Source: Lophium mytilinum
Lineage: Eukaryota
DNA: 64,000 bases
Assembly: GCA_010093605.1 (NCBI GenBank)
Contig: MU004183.1
Coordinates: 1,178,001 to 1,242,000 of the forward strand
Reading direction: 5' to 3'
A program made the translations under genes and the position numbers. A model generated the notes under the pieces. It had not been told where the DNA came from. It was given only the letters and a program-made list of their open reading frames with translations, and made no database searches. Positions 50,626 through 63,037 of the stretch are shown piece by piece; position 1 is the first letter of the stretch; every line of letters begins with the position of its first letter.

Positions 50626-51708
50626 TTACATATTGCGACCTCCGGTTACAGAGATTGTCTGCCCATTCACGTAAGCAAACAGAGGCGAGACGACCGCAAG
50701 CACCGCGCCGGCTGCCTCTGTCGCTGTGCCAGGTCTCCTCAGGGGAATATCCGTATATTGTTCTTTAGTTGCGGCAGATGCCAGGGCGCCTTTGCCGGTA
50801 GGTATGCCCAACGCAACCTTCTGACCATCTGGCGTCGTGATGAATGCACCGGCCTCCTTCGCAGCTGTCAGACGGGTCAAGATATGTCCGAACGCAACGG
50901 TGTTAGCTCGAACACCGTATTGAGGACCCCACCTACACAAGTGTTAGTTGGTTTCGCGAGGAGAGAATGAATTCTACGTACTCCTTTGCAATGGTCTTGG
51001 TCAGACCTGTCACACCGGCCTTTGCTAGGGCGTAGTTGGCCTGGCCAGCATTGCCATGAAGACCGGAGGTTGAGGATATGTTGATAATGCAGCGGGGTTC
51101 GCCGTCCTTGACGCGGAAGTAGGGAGCTGCAGCGCGGACTAGCTTGAAAGGTGCGGTGTTATGGAGGGCAATGATGGTGTCCCATTGCTTGTCGGTGGTC
51201 TAGAAAGCAACTGGTCAGTTCTTTCTGGCACTCAAGAAGCCCGAGCTGTTCTCTTAGAGGGAGGTTGATTTACCTTGTGGATTACTCCGTCCCACGTATA
51301 TCCGGCGTTGTTGACGATGATGTGAATCTTGCCATTGCCAAACTCCGCCGTCTTCTTCACAAGTTCATTGATGTAGTTGTCATCGAGCATATCACCGGCA
51401 ACGCTCGTGGCGCTGCCGCCCGCCGCCTTGATGCTGTCGGCAACATCTGACGCCTTTTCTGCAAACAATTCGCGTGATCAGTATGCATAGAAAGATGGGA
51501 GCTCGTGACTTCAGCCTGGAACTTGACTAAACTTACTGCCATCAATGTCAGAGATCACAACCTTTGCGCCCTCCTTTGCGAAGAGTCTCGCAGTTTCGGC
51601 TCCAATGCCTTGGCCAGATCCGGTGATGATGGCCACCTGCCCTGCAAGCAGACCCTTGGGGTAGTTCAAGTGGCCTGCGATCTGGTCAATACGCGAAGAA
51701 GAAGACAT
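50626..51708 (-). CDS. Short-chain dehydrogenase/reductase (FabG-like) with PTS2 peroxisomal signal, 4 exons
   Basis: [17 protein letters not shown] and GQANYALAK (YxxxK) motifs. The N-terminal RIDQIAGHL fits the PTS2 pattern R-[LIVQ]-x5-H-L. Confidence 0.9.
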
Positions 51709-52204
51709 TGTGGAATATGAAGATGGTTCAGAGAAATGGAGCCCAGTTGTAACTAGAAATACTTTGAGGTCGACGCGCCTGCGCGGTGCAACTTATCCAT
51801 ACCCCAGCCGAATCGAAAATGAACCGAGGTTATTGTGATCCCTTGAATTGCCATGGCACGTCAACTAAGAACGGCATCAGCAGGTAAGATATAATGAACA
51901 CTCGGGATATGCTAGTGAGCTCTTGGTTTTATGACCGAGTTTCTCTCAGCTCTGGAGTGTGTTCGGAGCAATTGGTAGAGCGGTGGACTACCTAAGTCGG
52001 CGTTTACCGAGCAACCAGGTCACGTGATTTGATGGTAGAGGAGTGTTTTGTACTTCCGTTCAATGCTCTTCTATGATGCCGTATCACGGATTTATTCCCA
52101 ATTTATTTATGTAATCATGAGCACTACTACTTAGTTTCAGGGTCTCGAGCCAGATGGAAGATGAACTGATGGTGAATTGTATGAGCCATATCAAGTAGTC
52201 TAAT

Positions 52205-53978
52205 CTAAACATCTGCCGCCTGCGACAGCCTCGCGTATCCAAAGCCCGACAGCCTCTTCCTCCTCTCTTTCAAGTCCATGCACTTGGAAAAGTGTATCAG
52301 ATGGCCCCTGCGCTGTCTCACAAACGTCGCGTATAGCCCGCCAGCCATGAATACCGCTGTACAGCTCATCAGAACCGGCCACTGGAACTGATCTGGGCGG
52401 GAGAACACGATAGTCGTAACAAATGAGCATAGCTCGAAGAAGTTCTGCGCTGATGCTTCCAGAGTTGAAAATGACCCTCTGGTGTCGGCCTCGACATCCT
52501 CTTGGACGATAATTTGGGACGAGAGGTCGAACCCCCACAGACCTATCCGACTAAGAATCGTCCCTCCCACAAGTCCGGCAGACGAAAAGATTGGAGACGA
52601 CGCTGTTGTGAAGATGCAAGCTCCAAAAGCCAGGCACGCGATCTGCCAATTGATGAACCAGATACCTGTGCGGATTGGACCAATCCTCGACATCAGAAGA
52701 GGAGTTAGCCAAGTTGCGGAAAGCTCAAAGGCAACCGAGACGGTGCGCATGATGCCAATGTGGAGGGAGCTGTAGCCGGTCGCAAGGAGATATGTGACCA
52801 TCTGGCCGTTGAAGGACAGCACAGTAAAGTAGAGCAGAGCGCCAGCGAAGGAGGGGAGGATAGCTTTATGGGTAAGGTACGCCCTTATCTGTCTTGCTAC
52901 AGCAAGAATGCCGGATTTGCACCGTTGCAAGGTAATCTGGGGACTATTGGTTTCGGTGACCGAAGAAGCATTACGGCCATTTCTGGGTTCTTGAAGTGCT
53001 GGAGTGGTGTTATACACCTATCAAAATTAGCAAAATTGTAATGTTTGGGAACTAAAGCCTTACCTTGGCGATAGCATAGTATTCCACAAGTATAGAAGCT
53101 ACATTCAAAGCCAAGTTTGTAATGATTGCAATCTCAGTCGAGATACCGTCGAGTACGGCGATGAAGAAAGGGCCTGCGAGCTTGCATATCAAGTCAATCC
53201 GGCGCATTTGAGAATTGAGCTCTGGCAGAATGTCAGATAAGATCGGCGGTGGACGACATTGGTACAGATGGATAGGAAGGACTTACCTCTGAGGGTGGGC
53301 TCGTGGCCTTCGGCGATTACAACAACCTAGATCAACTGTTAGGATACTAGAAGCTGGATAGTTCAAGGCAAGCCTACCCAGTCTCTCTCTACCGCAACAA
53401 GGTTCATGATAGACGAGAGCTTCTCCACACAAGCAAGCGCGGAGAGGAATGCTAAAAGCCCAAACTTCCAAAATGGTGGAATTGAACGCCTGGTTATCAG
53501 AAACCAGAACCCTAAACAAGACACTGAGACTACCAATCGCTGTATGACTGAATGATGTTAACCAAGCCTATCAGCGCAGGCTTTTATGGCTGCCAGACAA
53601 CTTACCAATAGAGAGGCGAACAACATCTAGCCTGTTTGTGGCGTCAATGTAAGTGCCGATCAAGGGAGAACAAACGACGGCGGAGACGCCGCGGATCAAG
53701 GCATATATTGACAATGGCATGAGAGTGTTTGGAAAGACTGATGCAAGATACAGGACCGCACCGAACTCGAAAACTCTCGAGTTCCATGTTGAAAGCGCAT
53801 GGGACACGAATAGCCTTCGTTTCACTGCTGCTTGGAGCCGAGAGTTGGTCGAAGGAGAATCTGATGCTGGGCATGGAGCTGGAGAGGAGCATTGAGAGGA
53901 ATGATTGGATGTCACGCGTGTTGACGCCATGGGGTCTAGATGGGACAGCTCTAGGTTCTCGTCTGGCGGAAAGTCCAT
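52205..53978 (-). CDS. Ferroportin-family (SLC40A1/FPN1) metal exporter, multi-exon
   Basis: SHALSTWNSRVFEFGAVLYL, ACVEKL.SIMNL.AVERDWV-type exon, LNSQMRRIDLICKLAGPFFI, LLYFTVLSFNGQM and SRIGLWGFDL..QIIVQE motifs. Confidence 0.9.
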
Positions 53979-54815
53979 GGTCAATTACAAGATTGCGGAC
54001 CCGACGAGACACCAATGACCTCAGTTTTCGATATTCTGCAACCCACTTTTTAGTGGAGTGGGAATCCGTCCGGCGGGTTCCGCTGCAGGACAATAATGGG
54101 GCAAGAATGCCAGTGGACGGAATGGACGGGATTCCGCAGCAAGGACTAGAGATGGCTGCAGACGCACATGGGAGGATGCAAGCCGGGAAGCTTGGAATGC
54201 TCGAGGCCAACCAGCGGCGGGGCGGAGAAATAGTTCCACGGTTCCAGGTGATAGAACAGGCAATCCGACTGCCGCTAAAAGGACGAGCTACCGACCGCGT
54301 GCAGCAACGACGACAAGCTGTCTGTGGCCTGTCTGAAAGAAGCAAAAGCGAGTGAATACACTCGAGTTTCGACGAGTGTGCGATAGAGCGCCCGGCCCTC
54401 GATAATGCAGGCGCAGATTCTGAGAGGCGTCACATGGCCCCATGTTAGCCAAGCCGCCTCATCCTTTCAAGGTTCCCCAGGCCCCCCAGCACGGACTCCG
54501 AGTCTCTCTCTCCATTGTTGACACCCCTCCCTCCCCGAACCTCGACTTGCAACACCAGACCTGCTTCTGCGCGACATAGACAGACACACGCCATGCAAAG
54601 GCCGCCCGCTGTGTTCGCCGTTCCGCTCCCTCTAATCTCCGCCGCCCAGCCGCGTCTGTAGTCCTCGCAGTACAGTACATCTGCCGCGCTACCCTCAGCC
54701 TCCACACCTTGTCCACGCTTTCGCCCGGCTGCTCGCCCACAGGTTCTATTCATAAGCCTCCTACGCGCTCGTACGCGCTTGATCTGTCGCTTAGCATCTG
54801 AAGTTTGTGTTCGCC

Positions 54816-55817
54816 ATGTCCAACAGCCTCGAAGCCAAGATCGTGGTCCTAGGCTCCCAGGGCGTAGGCAAAACGTCCCTCGTGCACAGATATGTGAAGA
54901 ACGCGTTCACGCCGCCGAACACTACCTCCACCATCGGTGCCTCCTTCCTAACCAAAAGAGTGGTGGATATCGATACGTCAACCGTGGTACGGCTGCAGAT
55001 CTGGGATACTGCAGGACAGGAGCGGTTTAGATCCATCTCCAAACTCTACTACAGGGGTAAGCGTACTTTGAACAAACCGTCTACTCTGTTGGGTATGATC
55101 CAGCCCGAGAAAAACGCCCGAACTAATGGACGCCCAGGCGCAAATGCAGGCGTGCTCTGCTACGACATCACAGACCCTCACTCGTTTGAGGAAATGGGCC
55201 GATGGCTGCGCGAACTCAAGCAGAACCTCGGCGACGATATAATCATCCATGTCGTAGGCACGAAGTCTGATATTGTAGCCGAAGACCCCGCGCAGCGCAA
55301 AGTCCCGTTCGATCGGTGCATCGCCTACGTCTCGGAGCACCTATACCCCTCGCAGACAACAGCCCCAGCTTCGACATGGGGTCCCGGATCGGGAAGCGGC
55401 AATAGTCAGAACGGAGGCATGACTTCGCCGCAAAGCAACCGGTCAAGTGGGTTTTGGGGCCAGGACATTGGTTGGGACTGCTGCCACGAGATCAGTGCAA
55501 AGGACGGAGAGGGTGTGGAGGAGGTCTTTCGGGTCATTACGCGGAAGCTGGTTGAACAGCGGAACAAGAGAGTGGAACAAGAGCAACAGTTGATGATGCA
55601 GGCTGGAGCAACACCTCATCAGATCGGCGGGTCGGGCGCTAACGGCTACTTCGACTACCCTGGAGCAGACGGGAACGGCAGCTTCAGGGTTGGCATGGGC
55701 GACAAAAGACGGAGCTGGCTTGGCTTTCCGACGATGCCTGCTGTTGGTGGCGAGAATGAGGAATTCTCCGCAGAGGTGGAAAGGATGGGAAAGGGGAAGG
55801 GAGGAAAGTGCTGTTGA
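54816..55817 (+). CDS. Rab-family small GTPase (Rab5/21/24-like clade)
   Basis: GSQGVGKT, TIGASF, WDTAGQERF, GTKSD (variant G4) and EISAK motifs, with C-terminal CC prenylation site. Intron 55057-55137. Confidence 0.93.
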   Translation: MSNSLEAKIVVLGSQGVGKTSLVHRYVKNAFTPPNTTSTIGASFLTKRVVDIDTSTVVRLQIWDTAGQERFRSISKLYYRGKRTLNKPSTLLGMIQPEKNARTNGRPGANAGVLCYDITDPHSFEEMGRWLRELKQNLGDDIIIHVVGTKSDIVAEDPAQRKVPFDRCIAYVSEHLYPSQTTAPASTWGPGSGSGNSQNGGMTSPQSNRSSGFWGQDIGWDCCHEISAKDGEGVEEVFRVITRKLVEQRNKRVEQEQQLMMQAGATPHQIGGSGANGYFDYPGADGNGSFRVGMGDKRRSWLGFPTMPAVGGENEEFSAEVERMGKGKGGKCC

Positions 55818-56743
55818 GCGATGCACGGTGAGATTCGTTTGCCAGAGGGGCGTCGCACAAGCTAACATGGACCTAGGCCAGTTGCGGCTTTCTCTACTTA
55901 CTTGCGACCATCGCCGGACGGACCACCCCATCTCCTTGATGCCACATCGCTCCGGTATATCTAGTTCACCCGGCGCTGATGTAAGGGAATCACGGAAAAG
56001 GCGGTCAGGTGGAGACTTTCCAGACTGTCGCAAAACCGACGCAAAGTCGAGCCAGTCACCCCGTTTCTCTCCTAGACGGGGCCTAGAGAAACGTGCAGTG
56101 TGATACCACCGGGATCCACACCTCCAGCGACTTGTTGGATATGCCGAAGTCCGGATAGCGGTGTGATATGGACAGAACGGATGCGACGGCTGATGATATT
56201 GCATGGCGTCGATGTGCTGGTGGAGTCCGATACCCTAGATCACAGCTACTTGTAGCTATTCCTAAGCGCTGTTTACATGAGGGTTCTGTCTTGAGTGAGC
56301 TTCCGATCTCTTTGGGTTTTGGGTGCATTGGTGCATTTGGTTCATTTGATGCATTTGATGCGTAGGTAATAGGTATGGAGTTGTTTGAGCATGCGAAGGA
56401 GTCTTCTGATGCATCTTGTCCTGTGGCCCATGTGCTCGGGAATGTTCATGAGCACTCGAGTGATGGATGATATCTCATGGCTGGTGGAACGAAATAATGA
56501 TCCGTGATATGACGAGCCTTGGCTTTACCATACTTCTGCAACAGGGGAGCATCCCAAGCAGTACCACAGTAGTGAAGTCGCACAGAAACACGGCAGTATC
56601 CACTCGACCACTGCGGCGGGTGCGCTTAACCTTAGTGCTTAAAGGTGACAGGGTTGCAGGAGCTTGGATCAACTTTCCCTCCAAAGCTCCAATCGAGCTG
56701 TGCCTCGTGCTCCTTGCATCCCCTCACCTCACCCTCCACCAAC

Positions 56744-58189
56744 ATGGCGAGTGCCGCCGCCTTTTCCTTGTCCAACAGTGTCACCATATCCAAGGCCGAG
56801 CACGAGTTTCTGCTCCGATCAGCCCGCGAATACAGCAAGTAGACCCCTGTCCTGTGCTACACGCCTCTCTTGGTGCTTCCTCTGCCATTACCCTCAATGC
56901 TAACCCGTCTTTTGTGCAGATGTCCTCCGAAGTGCTCTGTTCCGCGGTGGTCTGACTGAAGACACGCTGTTGACCCTTATCAATGGCGAAAATGACTACA
57001 ACAATGGTGAGACAGGCACCTTCAGCATGTGGGACGAGTCCTATACAAGGGCCCCCTCTGTGCCTGTCCGCATGTCTATGCCTCAGAGCAGCGGAGTGTC
57101 GCCAGACACCTCGGACAGCACTGCAGTTGGAGACGCCCGGCCCAAACCACGCCCAACATATTGCATGAATCAGGGCAATGCTTATGGCGTGTCTGAATCC
57201 TACCCAGACACGTCGTACGATAAAGACGAATCTTGTGGTCCCGAACCTGTCGATATCCGACCCTCTCAGTCACATCCACCTTTTCCTCGCAACGATCAGC
57301 GAACAGTCTTGGTGACGAATCTGTCGGACCGGACTACACATAAGGATCTTGTCGATGTCGTTCGTGGAGGCAGATTGCTGGACATCTTCCTTCGAAACGA
57401 CCGCTGCGCCACGGTGTCGTTCGTAGAGGGAGCTCAAGACTTCTTGGCCTATACCAAAAAGAACGACATCTATATTCACGACAAGCGAGTAAGTAGAGAC
57501 CCGTACGCAATGCCTCCTCACTGGTTTGCCTGCACTTTTCTTGCCACTGTCACGGTTGTTTCGACGCACCTTCGGAGATCTGAGCGCGCTGGGTTTCCAT
57601 CCTTGTAGCCAGTCGCCAGCCTCGCTAGGCCATCTGAGAATGTGGCTCAACTCATTGGCCTACGTCTAACATCATACAGATCGAGACGCGTTGGAATGAC
57701 CGACAGTTTCATCTGCCCAATCATGTGGCGAACAAGATCTCTATCGGCGCAACTCGCAATATCGTCATCCGCAGCGCGGTGGGCAAGCTTACTGCTCAAG
57801 GCATCCGCGAAGATCTCGACCATATACATAATCTGATCGTGATCGACATCACCTTCAAAGGCTTCGATGCTTTCATTTCGACCAATTCTGTGCACAACGC
57901 CCTCTTCGCACGGACTTGCATGATGTCGCGAACCGGCTACAAAGGCTTGCGAATTGAGTGGTACCCTGACGAATGTGCTGCACCTATTCCGAGGGGTTTC
58001 AATGCAGCCTGGAATGGCCCCACTCGTGCTGCTAAGGAAGTTCCACCGCCTGCAAAGATCACCAATCGCTTCGAACTTTTGAATATGGACGAGAGCGATT
58101 CGAGGTCAAGCAGCGAAGATGGGGAGGATCTGTACTCTAGTAACGGTGTGCAGCTCACAAGCTGGGCAGATGCTAGTATTCTCGCCTGA
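56744..58189 (+). CDS. RRM-domain RNA-binding protein (Nrd1/Mrn1-like RRM pair), 3 exons
   Basis: RTVLVTNL...LVDVVRGGRLLDI...ATVSF, GATRNIVI...IREDLDHIHNL and NSVHNALFARTCMMSR..YKG..IEWYPDEC. Introns 56835-56919 (GC-AG) and 57489-57679. Confidence 0.85.
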
Positions 58190-58908
58190 GGCTGACTTTC
58201 AAAGGCTCCTGCTGATAGCAGCTGTGGCACGTCTTCGAGGCATTGCGCCACGCCCATGAGGGGGTTCTCCTGCAACTTTCTGCGGGGGCGGGTTTGTGTC
58301 TTAAGATTCGTGGAGCTTCAAGATGGTGATTCATGATGGATAGTTCCCTGTGGGCTAATGTGGTTTCCTATCGGTGTTTAGCGGCCTGGTATGAAATACT
58401 CTAGTGTCCTTTTCCTACCAACTCCTTCAATTCTGACCCTGGGTCCTCGGCTTGGGACATAGCGTTCTGTCATAGGGTTATTTCCTTTGTATAGATACCC
58501 AGTCGAGCATCGGTTCTCAACGAATATGAAGTACTTGGAGTACTTGTTACAAAGTTTCTCACATGCTTCATACTCAAGTGCCCGGGTGAGGTTACTACTT
58601 CGTCAGTTTCAACAGTCCAAAGCCCCAACCAGGTGTCGCATAATTCGTTCACAAACCCCAGGCAGCCGTATTTTGGTCCACGTATCGTAATGACCTGGCA
58701 CCAAAGCATCTCCTAAAGTATGTGGGTTGACCTTCTATTTCCAGAAATCCGATTTGGTTTTTTGATGTGTGTCCAAACAGCCCAGGTAGTGGGATATAAA
58801 CGTAAAAGCTCTTTTGTACTATTTCCAGACCTCTAGGATAATTTCAAAAAACATCTGATGGTGCTACAACATCATACTCTACCTATACAGACCTCAGTTG
58901 TCAATTCC

Positions 58909-60010
58909 TCATAGCCTTTCTTTCGATTTACAGGGCCGGTAATCATAATGCCAGTCGTCTCTCGCCAGGTCGGCCCGAATCTGATAGTTTACTTCAGCGT
59001 CCTCCACGATGGCCATATCGAGTTCAGCGACAGCCATCCCTTCAGCACAAGTGCCTAGCCGTGTCAAAGGCCCAACGTAGGGAGCGACAACCTGTGACAG
59101 GCCGGCGTATCCCCGGCCTGGGGGGCCTCCTGCATTGGCAAACACAATCGCTGTGATGAGAAGTCAGCGACAAATAGAATTTCCCACAAACGAGATTCCT
59201 ACCGCAGGTGTTTTCAAAGGTCCTTGAGGTAAGTGTGCTATCAAGGAACAAAGCCTCGGCGTTCGCATTGTGTGCGATACCGAACTTTGAGCAGTCATTC
59301 AGAGTCCCTTCACCTCAGGTCAGCTTGGCCCCCTGTTTAGTGCGAGCACTTATTTTGGTTCTTACAAAATGTAGGAATGATGACAATCTTAGCTCCCTGT
59401 GATATCATCTCCCTGAAAGCTTCAGGAAAGGCAAGATCCCAGCATATGAGCATTCCGACCTTGCCAAGTGGCGTGTCGAACACGCCATGAACGTCCCGGC
59501 CGGACGACGTTAGATGATCTCTTTCTGGTCCCCTGGGTGCTCTGTTAGCCAGAGCATGATGTTGGTATAAGAGAATATACTCACCATAGGTTCTTCTTTA
59601 CGTATTTCCCAATGATCTCTCCCTGCTGATCAATGAAATACGCAACGTTCAAAAGCCTGTCTCCTTCTTTCTCGGCGCCCCTGTGCCATTCAACGATCGT
59701 TCCGGGCACAATGCATATTCCGCACTCTTTGGCTAGAGCGCGGTACTTGTTGAGGTAGGTTTCCCACTGGCCGCATAGCTCGAGGAATTTGGGGTCTTTC
59801 GGGACCCAATTTGTCAGGTGATATTCTGGGAGGACGACGAGCTCTGCGCCCAGCGTCGCTGCAGAGCGAATGAAAGTCTCTGCTTTACCAAAATTGCTCT
59901 CGATTTGCATGGGCTGGGAAAGGACAGTCAGGGTCAGATATCAGATAACATAGCGGACCATTCACCTTTGGGTAGAGCTGAACAACGGCGATCTTGTACA
60001 GTGGCGCCAT
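58909..60010 (-). CDS. Carbon-nitrogen hydrolase (nitrilase superfamily), 5 exons
   Basis: Catalytic triad motifs LPEY, YVKKNLW and LICWDLAFPEAFR; splices in frame across four introns. Confidence 0.9.
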
Positions 60011-60580
60011 GATTGAAACGAGACTGATCGAAGAGACACAGAGGGCCCACTAAGCTTTTCTTATAAATGTTCCCGCTGAGGTGCTTTTGCGACCTGCTGC
60101 CGCTCCCTGCAGGCATGACTCGGCCGGAGGGGCTTGAGGGGCGATGCTATCGATAAGCCTGACCCGTTTAAGCGATGCCGTGTGAATGGCGTCGTCCGTC
60201 GATGCCACGATGGATTTAATAGCACGCCAGCCGCAAATTTGGACAGGAAAGCATAGTCTGGTGGGTCCGGCACGTCGTTGCCGTTACACGACGCTGGCTA
60301 GGGATGCAGACTGTGGGCGCCATCGCCGCCATAGTGCGGCATATTACTCTCTTTCTCAGACCATATCCGAGGCCGCGAGCGAGGGCCGGTTAAAATGTGC
60401 GGCTCTAACTACGGCCCACCACAAGCCCTATCAGCGCGATATCTCAAAATCCAACGGCACGCTCAGCACGCTTTGACTTGTTGCCCACCGTACTAAACTT
60501 CCACAACCGCGCACGAAATTGCTCCCCTCATCGACAAAGCCGACGACAATACTGCACGCTCTCACCACACCAGCCCCAGG

Positions 60581-62105
60581 ATGAGTTACCGCAACGGAGA
60601 CACCGCCGTCCGGGCCCCGGCCGACGAGTCTGATGTCGAGGAGGAGGCCCTCGTGAACGACTACCGTGAACAGGTGCAGTACGACGGCGGCTTGGACGAG
60701 CTGGACCGCGTCACGTCGCTTTCCGGGAGCGGGCAAGATATTCATGCGCAGCTGGCGGCCGCCGCGACACCGCTGGAGTTTCAAGCGACGCTGGAGACCA
60801 AGTTTGCGAGCTACGACAACTACTGCAGTTTGTTTCACTTCATCCTGAATTCGGACGGGCCTGTGGACCTGGAGGTTCCTTCGGTGAGAAATGTGCTTTG
60901 ACGGCGTAAGATACATACTGACTGTGGCAGTACTACTGGGCATGGGACGTTATCGACGAGTTCATCTACCAATTCAACAGCTTCTGCAGTTATCGCCAGA
61001 AAATCGCATTGAAGGCGGATAATTTGGAGGAAATACAGCTACTAAGGGATAATCCGAATACGTGGGGATGCTACAGTGTCCTCAACGTCCTATACTCCTT
61101 GATCCAGAGGTCGCAAATCAGTGAGCAACTAGCGGCCATGAAGAGAGGAGAGGAGGGAAGTCTATATGCCGGAGAGTACGGAAACCGGCCGCTGTACAAG
61201 ATGCTGGGATACTTCTCCATCATCGGCCTTCTACGGGTGCACTGTCTTCTCGGAGATTTCAGCCTGGCCCTCAAGACGCTCGACGACATCGAGCTGAACA
61301 AGAAGGCCATGTTCGCACGTGTCATGGCCGCGCACTTCACGACCTACTACTACGTCGGATTCTCCTACATGATGATGCGCCGATATGCCGACGCCATCCG
61401 CATGTTCAGCCACATCCTCGTCTATGTTTCGCGGACAAAGAATTTCCAGAAGGGCGCGCAGTACGACTCCATCACGAAGAAGAACGACCAAATGTACGCA
61501 CTGATTGCCATCTGTGTGGCGTTCCATCCGACTAGGTTGGACGACACTATCCACACCGCCCTGCGCGAGAAGTATGGTGAGCAATTCAACCGCCTCCAGC
61601 GTGGAGGACCTGAAGCTCTCCCGCTGTTCGAGGAGCTCTTCCGCTCCGCATGCCCGAAGTTCATTGCGCCCACACCCCCTGATTTCGACAATCCGGAAAT
61701 CAACATCGATCCGGTGGAGCACCATCTCAAAGTCTTCATGGACGAGGTCAAGAACAATATGTGGTCGCCGACTGTCAAGAGCTACCTAAAGCTTTACACG
61801 ACGATGGATCTAAAGAAGCTGGCCGGATTTCTTGAGGTGGAGCCGAACAAGCTGAGGTGCTGGTTGCTTGTGAACAAGCAGAGGAGTAGGCAGGTGAGAT
61901 GGAGCGAGGGAGGCCTTCTTGAGGGCGAGTTGATCAACAGCAGCGATCTAGACTATGCTATGGAAGGGGTGAGTTGCATTCCTTGGCTGTCATCATTCTT
62001 TGATACAGATGCTAACAATCGTAGGATCTTATCCACGTGTCCGAAGCAAAGGTTGGCAGGAGACTAGTGGACTGGTATCTCCGGAATCTGGCAAGAACCT
62101 ACTAG
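60581..62105 (+). CDS. EIF3L: Translation initiation factor eIF3 subunit L, 3 exons
   Basis: SYDNYCSLF..IL, WAWDVIDEFIYQF, LYKMLGYFSIIGLLRVHCLLGD, YYVGFSYMMMRRYADA, ACPKFI and KSYLKLYTTM motifs. Confidence 0.95.
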
Positions 62106-63037
62106 GAACCTCCGTGCTTGTTCCCGATTTTATTACGTATTGCATGGTAAGGGATATTGCGCTACAGAGCAGGCAGTGTGACGGGGATTGGCGTTGGTGC
62201 TGGCTAGCAATGGAATACACCAGAAACATGGGCGAGGCCTGCTGTCGGCCGATTGAGCCCTGGTACCATTAAGCAGGTGGTAACAAGTCTAAAGAGCCAA
62301 CGAGATATCTTGTCGATTCATCCCCTTTGGCTTAGTATCATTGGATGAGATATTAACGCTCGTCGAAGTGAAATGGGAGCAGCCTTACGACACGATCAAA
62401 AGCGGAAACTTGGAGAAGCGAGGGTGAATTGATTTGTTTCTTGGAAGCAAAAAAGAAGGATAAGAATCAAAGGATTGCTGCCTAAAAGTTAGACAATACC
62501 CCTATCTATAGTTTATCTTCGATAAGGCCAGGCTGCTTTTCAGATGCGTGAAAATGAAGTGCTTCACGTTGATGGCGGCTAGACGAGGCGCAGGCCGTGA
62601 GTGGACGAGCCTTGTTCTCACTCAACCTCCACGACAACGCAACAGGCTCCACACATGCTAGAAGGCGCTCAAACTGATACCTTGACCAGCTTCTGGCAAA
62701 CAATAACAGCCACGTAACGCCGCCCTGGGTTTCCTTCTTCTGATCCCCCCGCCGATCTGCTCGACAAGCACGTCGTTTCACACCACCGGAGGTCCCTGCT
62801 GTTGCTGGCGGACCAGATTCCAGATTGCGCGTCTGCCCCCCGCGAATCTGCATGTAAAGCAAGTCATCTGCAGGCCATCTGGAGCATTCCACCAAGCTCC
62901 TGCCCTTACGCTCCAGTATCATCTGGGCATCTTGTCCGGGCGAGAAGAGCATTCGAGCGTGTCATCCCTACATCTAGAATACTCCCCCAACACGTTCCCT
63001 CCAGCTCACGCATTCACGATATCAAACACCTCAAGCC

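Noticed and set aside
59940..59948. Second SreA-type site (ATCAGATAA)
   Set aside because: It lies in intron 1 of the nitrilase-family gene, overlapping branch-site-like sequence, and is probably coincidental.
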